Shown: positions 28,037-40,866 of the stretch, piece after piece
How the letters are laid out: the number at the start of each line of letters is the position of its first letter
Numbering within the stretch: the stretch's first letter is position 1
Source of the DNA: Glycera tridactyla
Lineage: Eukaryota
Assembly: GCA_965644265.1 (NCBI GenBank)
Contig: OZ286475.1
Location: 31,496,001 to 31,560,000 of the forward strand
Direction of reading: 5' to 3'
Length of the DNA: 64,000 nt
Position numbers and translations under genes: made by a program
Notes under the pieces: model-generated
Database searches by the model: none
What the model was told of the DNA's origin: nothing
What the model saw: only the letters and a program-made list of their open reading frames with translations

Positions 28037-28527
28037 NNNNNNNNNNNNNNNNNNNNNNNNNNNNNNNNNNNNNNNNNNNNNNNNNNNNNNNNNNNNNNNN
28101 NNNNNNNNNNNNNNNNNNNNNNNNNNNNNNNNNNNNNNNNNNNNNNNNNNNNNNNNNNNNNNNNNNNNNNNNNNNNNNNNNNNNNNNNNNNNNNNNNNNN
28201 NNNNNNNNNNNNNNNNNNNNNNNNNNNNNNNNNNNNNNNNNNNNNNNNNNNNNNNNNNNNNNNNNNNNNNNNNNNNNNNNNNNNNNNNNNNNNNNNNNNN
28301 NNNNNNNNNNNNNNNNNNNNNNNNNNNNNNNNNNNNNNNNNNNNNNNNNNNNNNNNNNNNNNNNNNNNNNNNNNNNNNNNNNNNNNNNNNNNNNNNNNNN
28401 NNNNNNNNNNNNNNNNNNNNNNNNNNNNNNNNNNNNNNNNNNNNNNNNNNNNNNNNNNNNNNNNNNNNNNNNNNNNNNNNNNNNNNNNNNNNNNNNNNNN
28501 NNNNNNNNNNNNNNNNNNNNNNNNNNN
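28037..28527. other. Assembly gap (N run)
   Basis: Run of N. Confidence 1.
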
Positions 28528-28939
28528 CAGAATAATTTGTGGGAATCTATCTATTATGATTATCTTTCAAATGCAGAGTTGATTGATTGCGTGATGCTAA
28601 ACGTCTCTTCAGCCCTGCCTTGAGTATATGAGATTGAAGGATGGGCCAGTCCTCAGAGTCATTTCGAGACAATGCTGATGGACTGGGAACAAATCTATCA
28701 CACATGTATCACATGGCTACCCATTTAGGTGTTGAAACAAGTACTATTGACAGGAGAGGAGGGCATCCATTGGGGACTCCACCTATTGTTTGCAAAAATT
28801 GAAAAGTGGATCTTATGCGTGCTTCCAAGATAGACTCTAGCACTGCCAGCCTCTGACACACCGCTCAGCAGAACGGCACAAACCTTTTCCTATATAACCC
28901 GATCACAGATGCTATCCAAGCTATCTACCTGGTACTTAC

Positions 28940-28994
28940 CGGAAACAGCTTTATTTATGTGCTGAACATTGCCATTGTAATGACATTTCTTCAG
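28940..28994 (-). CDS. Host gene coding exon 3 (end of PAN/Apple domain)
   Basis: CAG acceptor, 55 nt LKKCHYNGNVQHINKAVS, GTAAGT donor. The phase-0 start matches exon 2 and supplies the terminal PAN cysteine. Confidence 0.6.
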
Positions 28995-29427
28995 CTGATT
29001 GCATGATATAGAGTGCTATACTTTTATGAGAACAACCTGACAAGCCATGACAGTACGATGCGTCTCTAAAACTTGTATCTTGTTCACATGATCCTTGTAT
29101 TTACCGGGCAAAACTCATGTATGAGTCGATCGATTGGTCAAGAATTCAGAGGAGTGCCCATCTTGGATCTGAAATCAACATTCGAGGTTAACAGTGGTGC
29201 TATAAGGGACTACAAACCATCTACACTGATACCCTCCTCAGTATATGTGCAAGTCCAAGCACAAGAGAAGAGGGCTCAGAATTCAATTGCAATTGATCAA
29301 AGAATAGTTAACAGCAGCACTGGGAGGATCAGAAACATCAGGCTCTGACATTGATGTTGGGCTGAGATACGTCGGAAGAGTCAAACAAACAAACAAACAA
29401 ACAAACAAACAAATGAATGCCACTTAC

Positions 29428-29549
29428 GATTAATGTGGTTCCAGGTGAGTGCACAGTGAGCAGATCCTTGGCGGAGAGCATGTGTACACATGTTTGTGAT
29501 GCGTCATCATAATATGCTGAGTCACACTTGTTCTCTGATTTGCAGGTGA
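29428..29549 (-). CDS. Host gene coding exon 2 (PAN/Apple domain core)
   Basis: TTTCCAG acceptor and GTAAGT donor. 122 nt, phase 1 to phase 0, encoding TCKSENKCDSAYYDDASQTCVHMLSAKDLLTVHSPGTTLI. Confidence 0.8.
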
Positions 29550-29979
29550 CTGGAAAGTAATGGTTGCAACATGTATTCTTGACTAGGTTTGAATGATGGG
29601 CTCTTCGGACAGTACTGGCATGTACTAAGTATGCCATGTTGAATAATATAAGTCTCCCCAGAGAATTGTGTCCATGGGGTAATTGATGAAATATTCTCCT
29701 GTGATCTACAGCTGAATAAGATATGGTTGGTTGCTTCTGGTTTAACGTCAGGTCAGCAATACATGTGCTACATTGTGACATCAATGCGATGGGCATGGTT
29801 CAGATCATTCAAGACTCCTGATCCCGGGTCTCAAACGCAAGGTGAAGGTTCATGACATTTGCAGAAACTCAAGGCATTTTTTTTTCAGGTGTTCTAGTAG
29901 GTGTCAATTTTTGGAGTTTGAATCTAACCCTCACACACATTGTCACCGGGGGGGGGGGGGGGGTCGATCATCTATTTAC

Positions 29980-30148
29980 CTGCACATTGTGTGGCACTCC
30001 GTAGTACGGAGGAACTCAAGACTATGTTGCAACAACTGGTGAACATGGTGTCTTGATAGACATCGAATACTTCCGCGTCAGCCGTCGATTCAGAGTAGAA
30101 AGTAAGGAAAACTAGTACAGAGAAATGCCAGGTAGCGAGGGCGTACAT
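29980..30148 (-). CDS. Host gene coding exon 1: signal peptide + start of PAN/Apple domain
   Basis: ATG 30148: MYALATWHFSVLVFLTFYSESTA-DAEVF...RSATQCA, then G|GTAAAT donor. Phase 1 joins exon 2 in frame (QCAVTC). Confidence 0.75.
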
Positions 30149-30253
30149 CTTGTATCTGGATGACGACTGCAAGCAACATACGAAGATAGCTCATACATCA
30201 GTTCAATGAATGGATCATCAGAGACCCAAAATCAGAGTCGGTTCAATCTCGAG

Positions 30254-31021
30254 CAATATTCATTATCACCACTAGATACTCCCTCTACTAGGCATGTTTG
30301 AATGTATGGCAATATTCATTATCATCACTAGATACTCCCTCTACTAGGCATGTTTGAATGTATGGCAATATTCATTATCACCACTAGATACTCCCTCTAC
30401 TAGGCATGTTTGAATGTATGGCAATATTCATTATCACCACTAGATACTCCCTCTACTAGGCATGTTTGAATGTATGGCAATATTCATTATCACCACTAGA
30501 TACTCCCTCTACTAGGCATGTTTGAATGTATGGTGATATTCATTATCACCACTAGATACTCCCTCTACTAGGCATGTTTGAATGTATGGCAATATTCATT
30601 ATCACCACTAGATACTCCCTCTACTAGGCATGTTTGAATGTATGGCAATATTCATTATCACCACTAGATACTCCCTCTACTAGGCATATTTGAATGTATG
30701 GCAATATTCATTATCACCACTAGATACTCCCTCTACTAGGCATGTTTGAATGTATGGCAATATTCATTATCACCACTAGATACTCCCTCTACTAGGCATG
30801 TTTGAATGTATGGCAATATTCATTATCACCACTCGATACTCCCTCTACTAGGCATATTTGAATGTATGGCAATATTCATTATCACCACTCGATACTCCCT
30901 CTACTAGGCATGTTTGAATGTATGGCAATATTCATTATCACCACTCGATACTCCCTCTACTAGGCATGTTTGAATGTATGGCAATATTCATTATCACCAC
31001 TAGATACTCCCTCTACTAGGC
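30254..31021. repeat. 56-bp tandem repeat (~13.7 near-identical copies)
   Basis: CAATATTCATTATCACCACTAGATACTCCCTCTACTAGGCATGTTTGAATGTATGG, period 56. Confidence 0.97.
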
Positions 31022-31953
31022 ACCACTAGATATGTTTGAATATATGTGTCAATATAAATGACAGCCGTCAGTTTCACTCATGTCAGATGGAATGCATCGG
31101 TCATTGATGTATAAGGTAAATATGGTGACTGTACACACTTGGGAAACCCATGCCTGATCTTAGTTGTGAATGTAGAACCCTCATTTTGACATAGTCTGTC
31201 AGTACATGAAATATTAACGTACGTGTAACGGAGAGCGGGGACTACAGTTACATCACGATTTTCAGATATTTTGGATGTCACTACTCTAAATCTCATTGTG
31301 GTATCACTTCTTGTGTTGTGGCAAACATCTAGGAAATGATTTGAAAATGAGATGTATCAGCATTTCGCCTACCCACTGCTACTGACAGCCTAGATCATGA
31401 TGATTTTGATTTGACGCCGAAGATGAAAGATTTCACGATGATTCTCTCTGGTCTTTGAGAGACCTCTGGTTACATGGCCGACAACTGATCGATTGATTGA
31501 TTGATTGATTGATTGATTCAATGCAGCGTAGGTAGATAGAAGAAAAACGTGATCAAACATGGCGACCCTGTTATCTGACGAACGTAACACGTGATGACAC
31601 GGACTTCTCGCTGAAAATTATCTCTGTCAAATATGATGTTATCTAGAACTGTCAGGTGGCGGAAGATTTTGATATTGGGGAGAGACTGACTACCCCTTAC
31701 CTTATAGCTAGGTGTGGGATGTTTCTAGGATGCTGTGTGACGAGCCAGCAGCAGGAGGCGGGCTGGCAAGTATCGCAGTCTGAGCCGACTGCCAGGCAGC
31801 TCCTGACGTATATCCCGCAATCGATGTATTTCCGGTTCCTCATTGCCTTATTTGTCGAGGTATGTGCACAAATGTCCTCTATAATGGTCCTTAATAATGC
31901 GGTGAAGGTGGGAGGGGGCAATTTATTTGCACAAATATATATATATATATATA

Positions 31954-33130
31954 GCAGCAAGATGCAGACGTTGATGGCAAGACCTGTGGAGTACTCTTCA
32001 TGGACCTCTCGAAGGCATTTGATACTGTTGACCATATCATCCTTGAATCAAAATTAAAATCAATTAGCTGTAAAGAAAGCACCGTCTCATGGTTTAGATC
32101 GTACCTCGGAGAGCGGACTCAAAAGACGCTAGTAAACAATACAGCCTCTCACACCAAACCAATCAACTATGGTGTCCCTCAGGGGTCCATTTTAGGGCCC
32201 CTTCTATTTTCGATTTATATTAATGACCTAGTATTACATGTCCCATCTGCTACCCCTTTCCTCTACGCTGACGATACCGCGATCTTAAGCATGGACGAAA
32301 ATCCTGAAGTGATTATAGAAACTCTACGCCATGTGTAACTTGCGAAAATGGTTTAACACAAATAAATTGACTCTGAACGTCGCCAAGAGCAAATTTATGT
32401 TTTTCCGTACCCAGTCAAAAGTAGCACATACTAAAAATATCGAACTCGTAATTGACAACACCGCCATGGATAAAGTGTCTACCTTCAAATATCTTGGTCT
32501 ACACCTCGACCCACACCTAAACTTCAAAGGTCATATCACATCTCTTGTCGGCAAAGTGAACTATAACTCCAGTGTATTATGGCGACTTCGACCCTTTATT
32601 AGCAAGGCATTTGCACTCAAACTTTATAAAGCGCTCATTGCCCCACTTTTTGAATACGTGGACTATGTTTATGATGGAGCGTGCAAAACCGATAAGGCAC
32701 GACTCCAAATAGCTCAGATGAAGGCATTAAAATGTGTATTACATGCGAACCGCCACACCTCCAGCATCCACGTACATAAAGCAACGAATGTACTGTATCT
32801 ACAATACCTCCGTGATGTTCGCAGTACTGTAAAGATACACAAAGTCATGCTAGCCGCCGCCCACCACTTGTTGAAAATAGGATCAAAATTCACTCACGTA
32901 CAGGAATCCCAACTAGGCAAACCCACCGAAAAATGATTGACATAAGGAGAACAAAACTGGAGCTATGTAAAATAGAAAGACTATCGGCAACCCCAAGAGG
33001 CTCAAACATATTCTTATGGAAGAATGCAAACAAAACCTACAGAGTCCTTGATCTTTCTCACCAAGTTGATCTGCCCAATCTGCGCATTATCAAACCTATG
33101 AAAATATGTTTATTATACTTCAAATAGTGC
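31954..33130 (+). pseudogene. 5'-truncated, frameshifted CR1/L2-clade LINE ORF2 (reverse transcriptase and C-terminus)
   Basis: DLSKAFDTVDH, GVPQGSILGPLLFSIYINDL, YADDT, WFNTNKLTLN, FKYLGLHLD motifs; frameshift near 32335; bounded 5' by a (TA)n tract. Confidence 0.9.
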
Positions 33131-33454
33131 TGTCAATAATCATTGATGACCAGTACGTGTGTCCATTGATCATGATGCATCATTTCTCCTTGTATATATT
33201 GTATATTTGTGTATATAATGTACACTCTTAAAATAGCGTTCGAAATTAAGCTTGTTTAGTTCGAGAAACGTTTAGGTTTGTGTTTCTTGTCTAAGCTCCC
33301 GATGTTACGACATGTTTATTATCGGAGAAGCTTAGGAAAACAACCTGATCCTAAACCTTTCTTTTTCCTAAACTTCGAAAATACAAACATTTCCTGATAC
33401 TCAACATATTTTTGCGTGAGCAAATCTGGAGTTTAGAAATGAGACATACAAATC

Positions 33455-33457
<3 letters not shown>

Positions 33458-33527
<70 letters not shown>

Positions 33528-33551
33528 TCGACCACCTTCGATCACATCCTA

Positions 33552-33632
<81 letters not shown>
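33458..33632. repeat. (TC)n and (TG)n microsatellites
   Basis: Directly visible. Confidence 0.98.
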
Positions 33633-33636
<4 letters not shown>

Positions 33637-33934
33637 CAGTCTGTCTGTCTCTCTTCTCTTTCTCTCGGAGATATCTCGACGCACTCGAGCACTTTTGTTA
33701 TTCAATTCTGGTTATAGTGCCCCATTCAACAGGGCTTGTTGATTGGGGGGGGGGGGGGTACTGTGTACCCCCTCATGTAGGGTGAGTGGATGAAGCATGT
33801 CAGTGTGATGTTTGTATTGGGTGGGGGGGGGGGTTAGCAGGATGGGGACATGGGGATTGAGAGTTGTGTCAAAACAATGTTGGCATGCCAGCTCACCCTG
33901 CATTACTCGTCATTGCCCTTAATGTCCATGAGGT

Positions 33935-34386
33935 NNNNNNNNNNNNNNNNNNNNNNNNNNNNNNNNNNNNNNNNNNNNNNNNNNNNNNNNNNNNNNNNNN
34001 NNNNNNNNNNNNNNNNNNNNNNNNNNNNNNNNNNNNNNNNNNNNNNNNNNNNNNNNNNNNNNNNNNNNNNNNNNNNNNNNNNNNNNNNNNNNNNNNNNNN
34101 NNNNAGCTCACCCTGCATTACTCATCATTGCCCTCGATGTCCATGANNNNNNNNNNNNNNNNNNNNNNNNNNNNNNNNNNNNNNNNNNNNNNNNNNNNNN
34201 NNNNNNNNNNNNNNNNNNNNNNNNNNNNNNNNNNNNNNNNNNNNNNNNNNNNNNNNNNNNNNNNNNNNNNNNNNNNNNNNNNNNNNNNNNNNNNNNNNNN
34301 NNNNNNNNNNNNNNNNNNNNNNNNNNNNNNNNNNNNNNNNNNNNNNNNNNNNNNNNNNNNNNNNNNNNNNNNNNNNNNNNNNNNNN
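33935..34386. other. Two assembly gaps (33935-34104, 34147-34386) within a tandem repeat
   Basis: N runs; AGCTCACCCTGCATTACTC units flank and separate them. Confidence 0.95.
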
Positions 34387-34909
34387 GAGCTGGCATCCTG
34401 ACACATGCTGGGAACTGAACATATGGGCCATCATAGAACGTGGATTGAAAAGATTTGAGATTTATGTGAATAAATACATGATTCAATAAATTATGTCATC
34501 TTCAGCCTCGGTTTCATGTTGCTAATTGCATGTATCCCAGAATGGATATTCATACACAGATACAGACCTGAAAAGTGTTGAAATCCTAAACTCAGGATGG
34601 GACAAGTTGCTCAAAGAAGCTTAGATTCTAAACAAGTTTAGATTCAAGACGTTTAGACAGTTTTATGCTTGGTTCTATCAAGTTTAGAAAGTAAACTTGT
34701 TTAGTGAGAAAACGCTTAGAGAATAAACTCGTTTAGAAACTTGGCATCTCCAAAGTGAAGACAAGAATTATGTTTAGGATTGTATTTGAAAACTAAACGT
34801 ATTTTTTAGCGTGTATATATGCCCTTGTTGTTTTGTTCTCATTGGTCCCGAATGTATCTACTTTTCAGATATGGGACACGTTGTGAGAGTAAATAAAGAA
34901 ATACAAATA

Positions 34910-35086
34910 CAGTCGAACCTGTCTATAAAGACCGCCTTCGGTCGCGTCAAAATGCGGTCTTTATTGGCAGGTTGTCTCTATAGAGAGGTCATTTACTGTT
35001 GAAAATACTACCACGGTCGCAGCTCAGGTGGTCTTTATAGAGAGGTGGTCTTTATAGAGAGGTGGTCTTTAGAGCAGGTGCGACTG
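34910..35086. mobile_element. pogo/Tc1-mariner-type MITE (177 bp)
   Basis: TA|CAGTCGAACCTG ... CAGGTGCGACTG|TA; internal GAGAGGTGGTCTTTATA repeats. Confidence 0.8.
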
Positions 35087-37514
35087 TACAAATACAAATT
35101 TTCTAGAGGCGGTGAGATGTTGGGTTCGGCATAGGAGAGATACTTTGACACAGTGGCTAATGATAACCGATCTAGTAGAAACCTTGTGAATCAATCCCGT
35201 GAGCGCAGGGTAAGATCATGGTCAACATATTTCATAAGTTCCACCCTTCTTTTGTGGACCCAGACGGATGAGTCTTGAATGGGCAACACAATATAGCGCA
35301 AACCGAGCTGACATGACGACACACCGATGGGCTAAGATCGTGCCCGACGGTCTGGTGCATTTTGACCATTCCTTTAAAGGTGCTCAGCATTTCAAAAACA
35401 TCCTACCTCATTTCACAGTTCTCAAATCAATATGAAAATGAATTGATCAATCTTATCTATTTATATATTCATCCATTCACTCATTTATTCATTCATTCAT
35501 TTTGTAGTCGTTCATCCATTTATCCATATACTCATTTATAGATGAATTGAAGAATCCATTGATTACACAGAGAGAATGGCGCCTAATATGAATGCAGGTA
35601 GAGCCTGATGACACAATCTCAGTTCACGGCACAGATCAATTACTGACTAACTTTCTTTGCATACTGATATGTGTGACATATAGAGGGTCAGGAGTTTAGC
35701 ATAATCATAGAACACAAAACACCCGCCATCGAAAATATGCATCAGATATTAGTAAATTAGCACAATTCTGATATTTTCCACAAAACAAACATGTTTAAAT
35801 TGGAGCCCTATTTTTAGGGGGTCATGCAAGTCCCAGGCACATAAGTTGTGAGTCTCCATGATTGGTTAGTTGGTTGTGACTTTTACCAGGCTCACGCGAG
35901 AGTGTGATGATATTGAACTGCAAGTGCAGCACACACATTATTGTGGAGTTAGTTCCAAGTTAACAGATCATGAAGTATCCTCCAAATCTGATGCCTTTTC
36001 TCCATTCAAGTATTACAGTGTGCACAAAGTGTAAGCATTGCCATCGGGTGCGGGTGCCAGCTTCGGCCCATCCATATTATCAGAAATGCCATCATATTCA
36101 TACCATGCATGAAGTGGAGTGTTTGAATTGTCAACTTCTTCCACTCGACACCCTTTCTTGTTCACTATCAACTTGTGTTCAGGGTTCGTGAGATTAAAGC
36201 CTACAGGAGCCATAGCATGCACCTTTCATAGACCAGGTACAAACGGCATGCGTAATTTTTGCATCGATACACGCCATTAAACCCTAACTGACCGAATTAC
36301 CTACATTCGTGAAACATTCCCCAAACCGATGTCAAATAGGGTCTCAGATGTATATCCTTAATTCTATAGCTGTTATTCTACACAGATTTGAGCGGGATGC
36401 CGTCTGATATACACGTTGTCGACCTGTTATTGATATATATATATGGCTGGGTGAAATGCTCCATCCATTTCACGGGTAGAGTGCCTTTCAAGGTGGTCAC
36501 TGGTGAATAGACTTATGATTCTTGCAGATCTGTTCTGACTTACAAGTATTAGTTCAACACCATAGCAAGTATGAAGGCTGGTAGCTTCTGATCTTCTCCA
36601 TGGTGCTGTGAACTTTTCTCGGTGAGTGTTGAATTTGGACAACCGAACATTGTACATATGTTTTGGGGAAGAAGAATAAAGTTTCTATACCAATATTTCA
36701 TCTAGAGGTATACTTTTCCGATCATCAAATGTTGAATCCTGCTCGTTTGTGCTCCAACATGTATGAACATGCGTATGCTGAGGTATGTATTTCTGCTGGC
36801 TGTTGGTTGGTAGGCACTTCCTTTCATACCATCACTAACCCGGGACCCGTATTTTCCGATCGAACATTCAGTCTTCACGAAACACTTTATTCAGCCACTC
36901 TCCCATCGGGGATAGGAGATCGGAATAATCACTCGCCCGGAAATGAATTCTCAAAATCTATGTTTTCCTGATGTTACTTATTCAGATGCAAAGCTTACTC
37001 AAAGGGCCTAGGGATTGTTACTGATGCAATCAAGATTGCAGTTTTCTGTCATCACAGAAAATCCACCACTCTCTCACCAAGTGAAATATGTACACTCTCC
37101 CGTCGGGAGACTGAGCTTGGAATTGTCACTCTCCTGAAATAAATTCGAAGACTGAACATTATCCCCCAATATCATATGTCGTCCATACACACAAGCAAGC
37201 TCAGCCGAGTACCTAGTAGGCCCGAGGCATTTCGCCCCCTAGTTTCATTCTGGGTAGGTCTCTCTTAATTCCGTATTCAGTGGTGGTGTCTCAGATGAGA
37301 TTAAGTTGTCAAATGTATTTCTGCCTTTCCGGCCTGATATGACTCCATGTACCAAACAAACCTTCTACTGATCATTTTTCCCATGTCTTACAGATAAGCT
37401 AGTGCTTGCTATAAGTGTGTAGCTCACATAATCAGATGGATCCTCACCTGATATTGCTGATGACATTTTTTTGTTTGTTTGAATTTAAGGACCTGTCAAC
37501 CTTTTTGGGTAATT

Positions 37515-37695
37515 TCAGACTGAAACACTGAAAATGTTGGAGAAGATTGAATATTCTGAAGAAATGAGGCACCGCTGGCGGGGGCCATCCCTGCTGTTTG
37601 CAAAAGACAGCAGGGGCTCTTCTACGTGCATACAAGGAACAGACTCCCATACACATGGCTGGTCTTTGAAATCCCAGTCGACATGCGCTGGGGTG
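37515..37695. repeat. Interspersed repeat (SINE-like core), related to 25590-25775
   Basis: See the partner copy. Confidence 0.35.
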
Positions 37696-40600
37696 GTGAT
37701 GGATTCTGTTCATTTCTAGGGGAGGTATCCGGTCTCCTCTATCTAGTTATAGATACAATTACCAGTTCGAATGAGCAGACTATAGGTTGTATTGGTTTTG
37801 GTGATTGGTTGGTGGATGAATGTCGAGTGAGTTTGATATATTCTGGGGCTGAGTAATCACATGAGAATGGCATTTCGGATGGTGACTTTGTGGTGCTAGG
37901 GGATTCTTGTATTATGTTTCATTATCGTTGGGTGTGATGAATTCATGTCTGACACAACGTTTCACCTACCTAGCTACTCACTGCTCAGACGTGTCCTACT
38001 TGTGTGAGTTCCAGTAACGTTACTTTTAGTGTTTCAGTTGCAACTGATAGCTTTATATAACTAGGCTTGTATGCCGTAAAAAGGATGCCTGGTAACACAC
38101 GTCTCCTCTGCTGGTGAGTGTGAGAGAAATCAATTTGAATTTCCACATTCATCCAGTTCACCAGCTGCTGACTGTGTCGAAATGGCCGGCATGGAGATAT
38201 CTTAGTCTCAAAACCCAATAATTAAACATGTGAATTTCACTCATGAATCACTAATTCATACAATCAAACATTTTAATGCCTCCCAAGATTGAAAGCTTCA
38301 ACGTATACCCATAATGCGCAATGAAACATTAGTTTAAAATGAACAGAAAATGGTAGAGAGTATTCATATCATTAGCGGTGTCAAACCTGATGGAGAGCCA
38401 AGATCGATCATGAGCTGGCCCAAAATTTCTAGAATTAGGACCCATTTTCATGGAAGATAGACTCGTAAACAGCTATCCATGGAAATCGGTGCCGTCTATC
38501 ATTTTCAATCAGCTACCTCAAAAAACAATTAAAACATGTGCCATTTTTTTGTCATCTAAACTGCAGTCCCAACAAGAGTGGTAAGAAGAAGGATGCCTGC
38601 AAGACAGGCATTTTTAAAACAGGTCGAAGCTCGATGAGAGAATAGGCTGCCAAAGGTGTTTCATATTCCATCGCTCCAGGAGATATGAATAACATAAAGT
38701 TCTGAGACGGGAAATCACCGTATATATATATATCAGTCAATTAATTGTGATCAAAATTCCCTGAATTTCGGAAGAATTGACGTCTTTATCGCCACATCAT
38801 CCATGCTCGTTTGTTATATCCAGGTTGAATATGAAAGAGTCTTCCCAACTGCTCTTCAAGAGAATAGCACCATGAAAATTTGGTGCCAGGCACAAGCACA
38901 TAATTCACCCATCCTCACCCAGAAGACGAAGGGATTAATTATGGATATTGACATGGGTCCCGCTTCGGAACCTCACATAATAGAGATGATAATACGCCTT
39001 TCGACAAAAATATCTCAAGTAGTGCATTCTCTTAGTCGGCATAATGGGATCAAGGCCAGCAGGTCTACTGATGAATCAGCCAGCTTTCTTTAACCAAATC
39101 AAATTTCTCTGCGATAACCACCCAACTGCAACGAGTACCCGTATATCGGAATATACATCAGGCATTAATTGGAATGTATATGTTTTATCAAAACAATGGA
39201 TTGGGTGTCATCACTATGTAACGCTGACCACACAACGCCAGTACAGGGCACTTTATCAAGCCATTTGAAAGTTAGTCGGTTGTTGCTTCCGTGTCTCATT
39301 AGCACCATCAAGGCTATATTGAGATGCCAATGCAACGAGCATGGGCATGAATAGGATCATCCACCATGAGCGAGTGGAAGACGTATCAGTAGCGATCAGA
39401 CACAGACACCAACTCCTATTCCTCTACTTAACCACGAGCTACGCCCGGAATATGTAGCCGAAAGACAGCAGCCCGTCGCTAGACGGTCAGCGTTGAGACC
39501 AAGCCACACCCCGGTGTCGATTGAGCTGCTAATGTGTTGTCAAATGTTGCGCGGCTGAGTAAACATGCTGCTTGTATGATCATAATGTAAGCAAGCCAAC
39601 ACTTGCAGTGGGTATATAGGTTCAGCCCTGTATTGCCCGCGGACTCATACTAGTCATTTGTCTTCGCAGGATAAGGACATTGGAACCATAATTCTCAGCT
39701 CAGGTGGATGCTGATTTAGTGGGTACACCACTTGCTATATGCAGAGATATATGCCTAAGTAAAAATAAAGTTGAAGATAAAGAACGTTTTCGTTGCATCA
39801 GGTTTCGGATATGTACAAGCAAAGACAAACAAAATGTTAACGATAAAATGGAATTAAATGATGACAATTGGTAAAACAGAAGAAAAAAACAATTTGAATG
39901 ATGAGTACATGAACAACCCGGGGGGTCATATTATCTGCTTGTGCAAGCCAAATCAATACCTACAATATATCATACACCTAAGTAGTCAATTAATTGATAC
40001 AGAAATTATCACAAGTAAACACATAGGGTACAGCAATATTGAATCAAGGCATCCAATCTATACATGAAAGTACTAAATTGATGCAAGTGAGCAAATGGGG
40101 AATTGCAAAATAAAATATTGACCCCAGTAATCAATAAATGGATATAGAACTCATACGTTGATACAAGCGTAGGGAACAGCAATACCAAATTAAGTAATTG
40201 AATAGCACGACGTCGTGTTATCAGACGGTTCAGGAACGTCGAGTGGGCGACAGGTTGTTAGCTGGGTGAGAACACACACAAACCCTGAAGCCCGATTTCC
40301 ATACGTGTCCAACTTCTGGTTCAGATTCAGAAGCAGGTGTCTTGAATGGTTCCACTCATGTCCATGGTATGGAAGTCTCAATATAACCCTGATGGTGCTG
40401 TCGGCAGTCAACCATCTCGTCATCGACATGCGAGAATAGCTATTCCACGTACAGTAAAACTTGTGCTAAGTAGCCACTGTATCCAACAACCACCTGCCTC
40501 ACTGAACAATTGTCTGATATCCCACCAGAGCGCTCCCCCCCCCCCCCCCCTATAATTTGCCTGTATTGAACAACTGCCTGCCTTGCGCAACCACTTTTTC

Positions 40601-40866
40601 ATTTTCCGAGAGTGGTTGATCAATGCAGGTTCTACTGTTTGTTACACTGACAGCCCGATCGATGACGTAAGGGGCTGCCAGATAGCCAGAATGGAGGGAG
40701 CGTCATAATGATATAAATGAAGGTCGAACGTATGTTTATAGCCAGGGGATCGTGTAAAGACAAGCGTGCGGCGACTGAGTAGGTAGCAATGTGAGCTGGA
40801 GGGAGGAGGATGGAGCTATGATAGACAATAACGAGCCGTCTGGGAGCGTCAGATATGATAAAAGTG

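Larger units (their letters stand above)
33223..34813. mobile_element. Non-autonomous CACTA/EnSpm-like element containing (TC)n, (TG)n, a gapped tandem repeat and N gaps
   Basis: Imperfect TIRs CACTCTTAAAATAGCGTT / CACGCTAAAAAATACGTT, TA on both flanks, multiple subterminal GTTTAG/CTAAAC motifs at both ends. Confidence 0.5.

Noticed and set aside
30254-31021. Regular repeat arrays resembling CRISPR (also 49871-51110)
   Set aside because: Head-to-tail tandem repeats with no unique spacers, no cas genes, and a eukaryotic context.
28012-34486. ORFs containing X runs
   Set aside because: Artefacts of assembly gaps.
36013-36201. Possible minus-strand exon (FNLTNPEHKL...TLCTL) with a good acceptor
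   Set aside because: No recognisable domain and no phase-compatible partner exon found; left uncalled.
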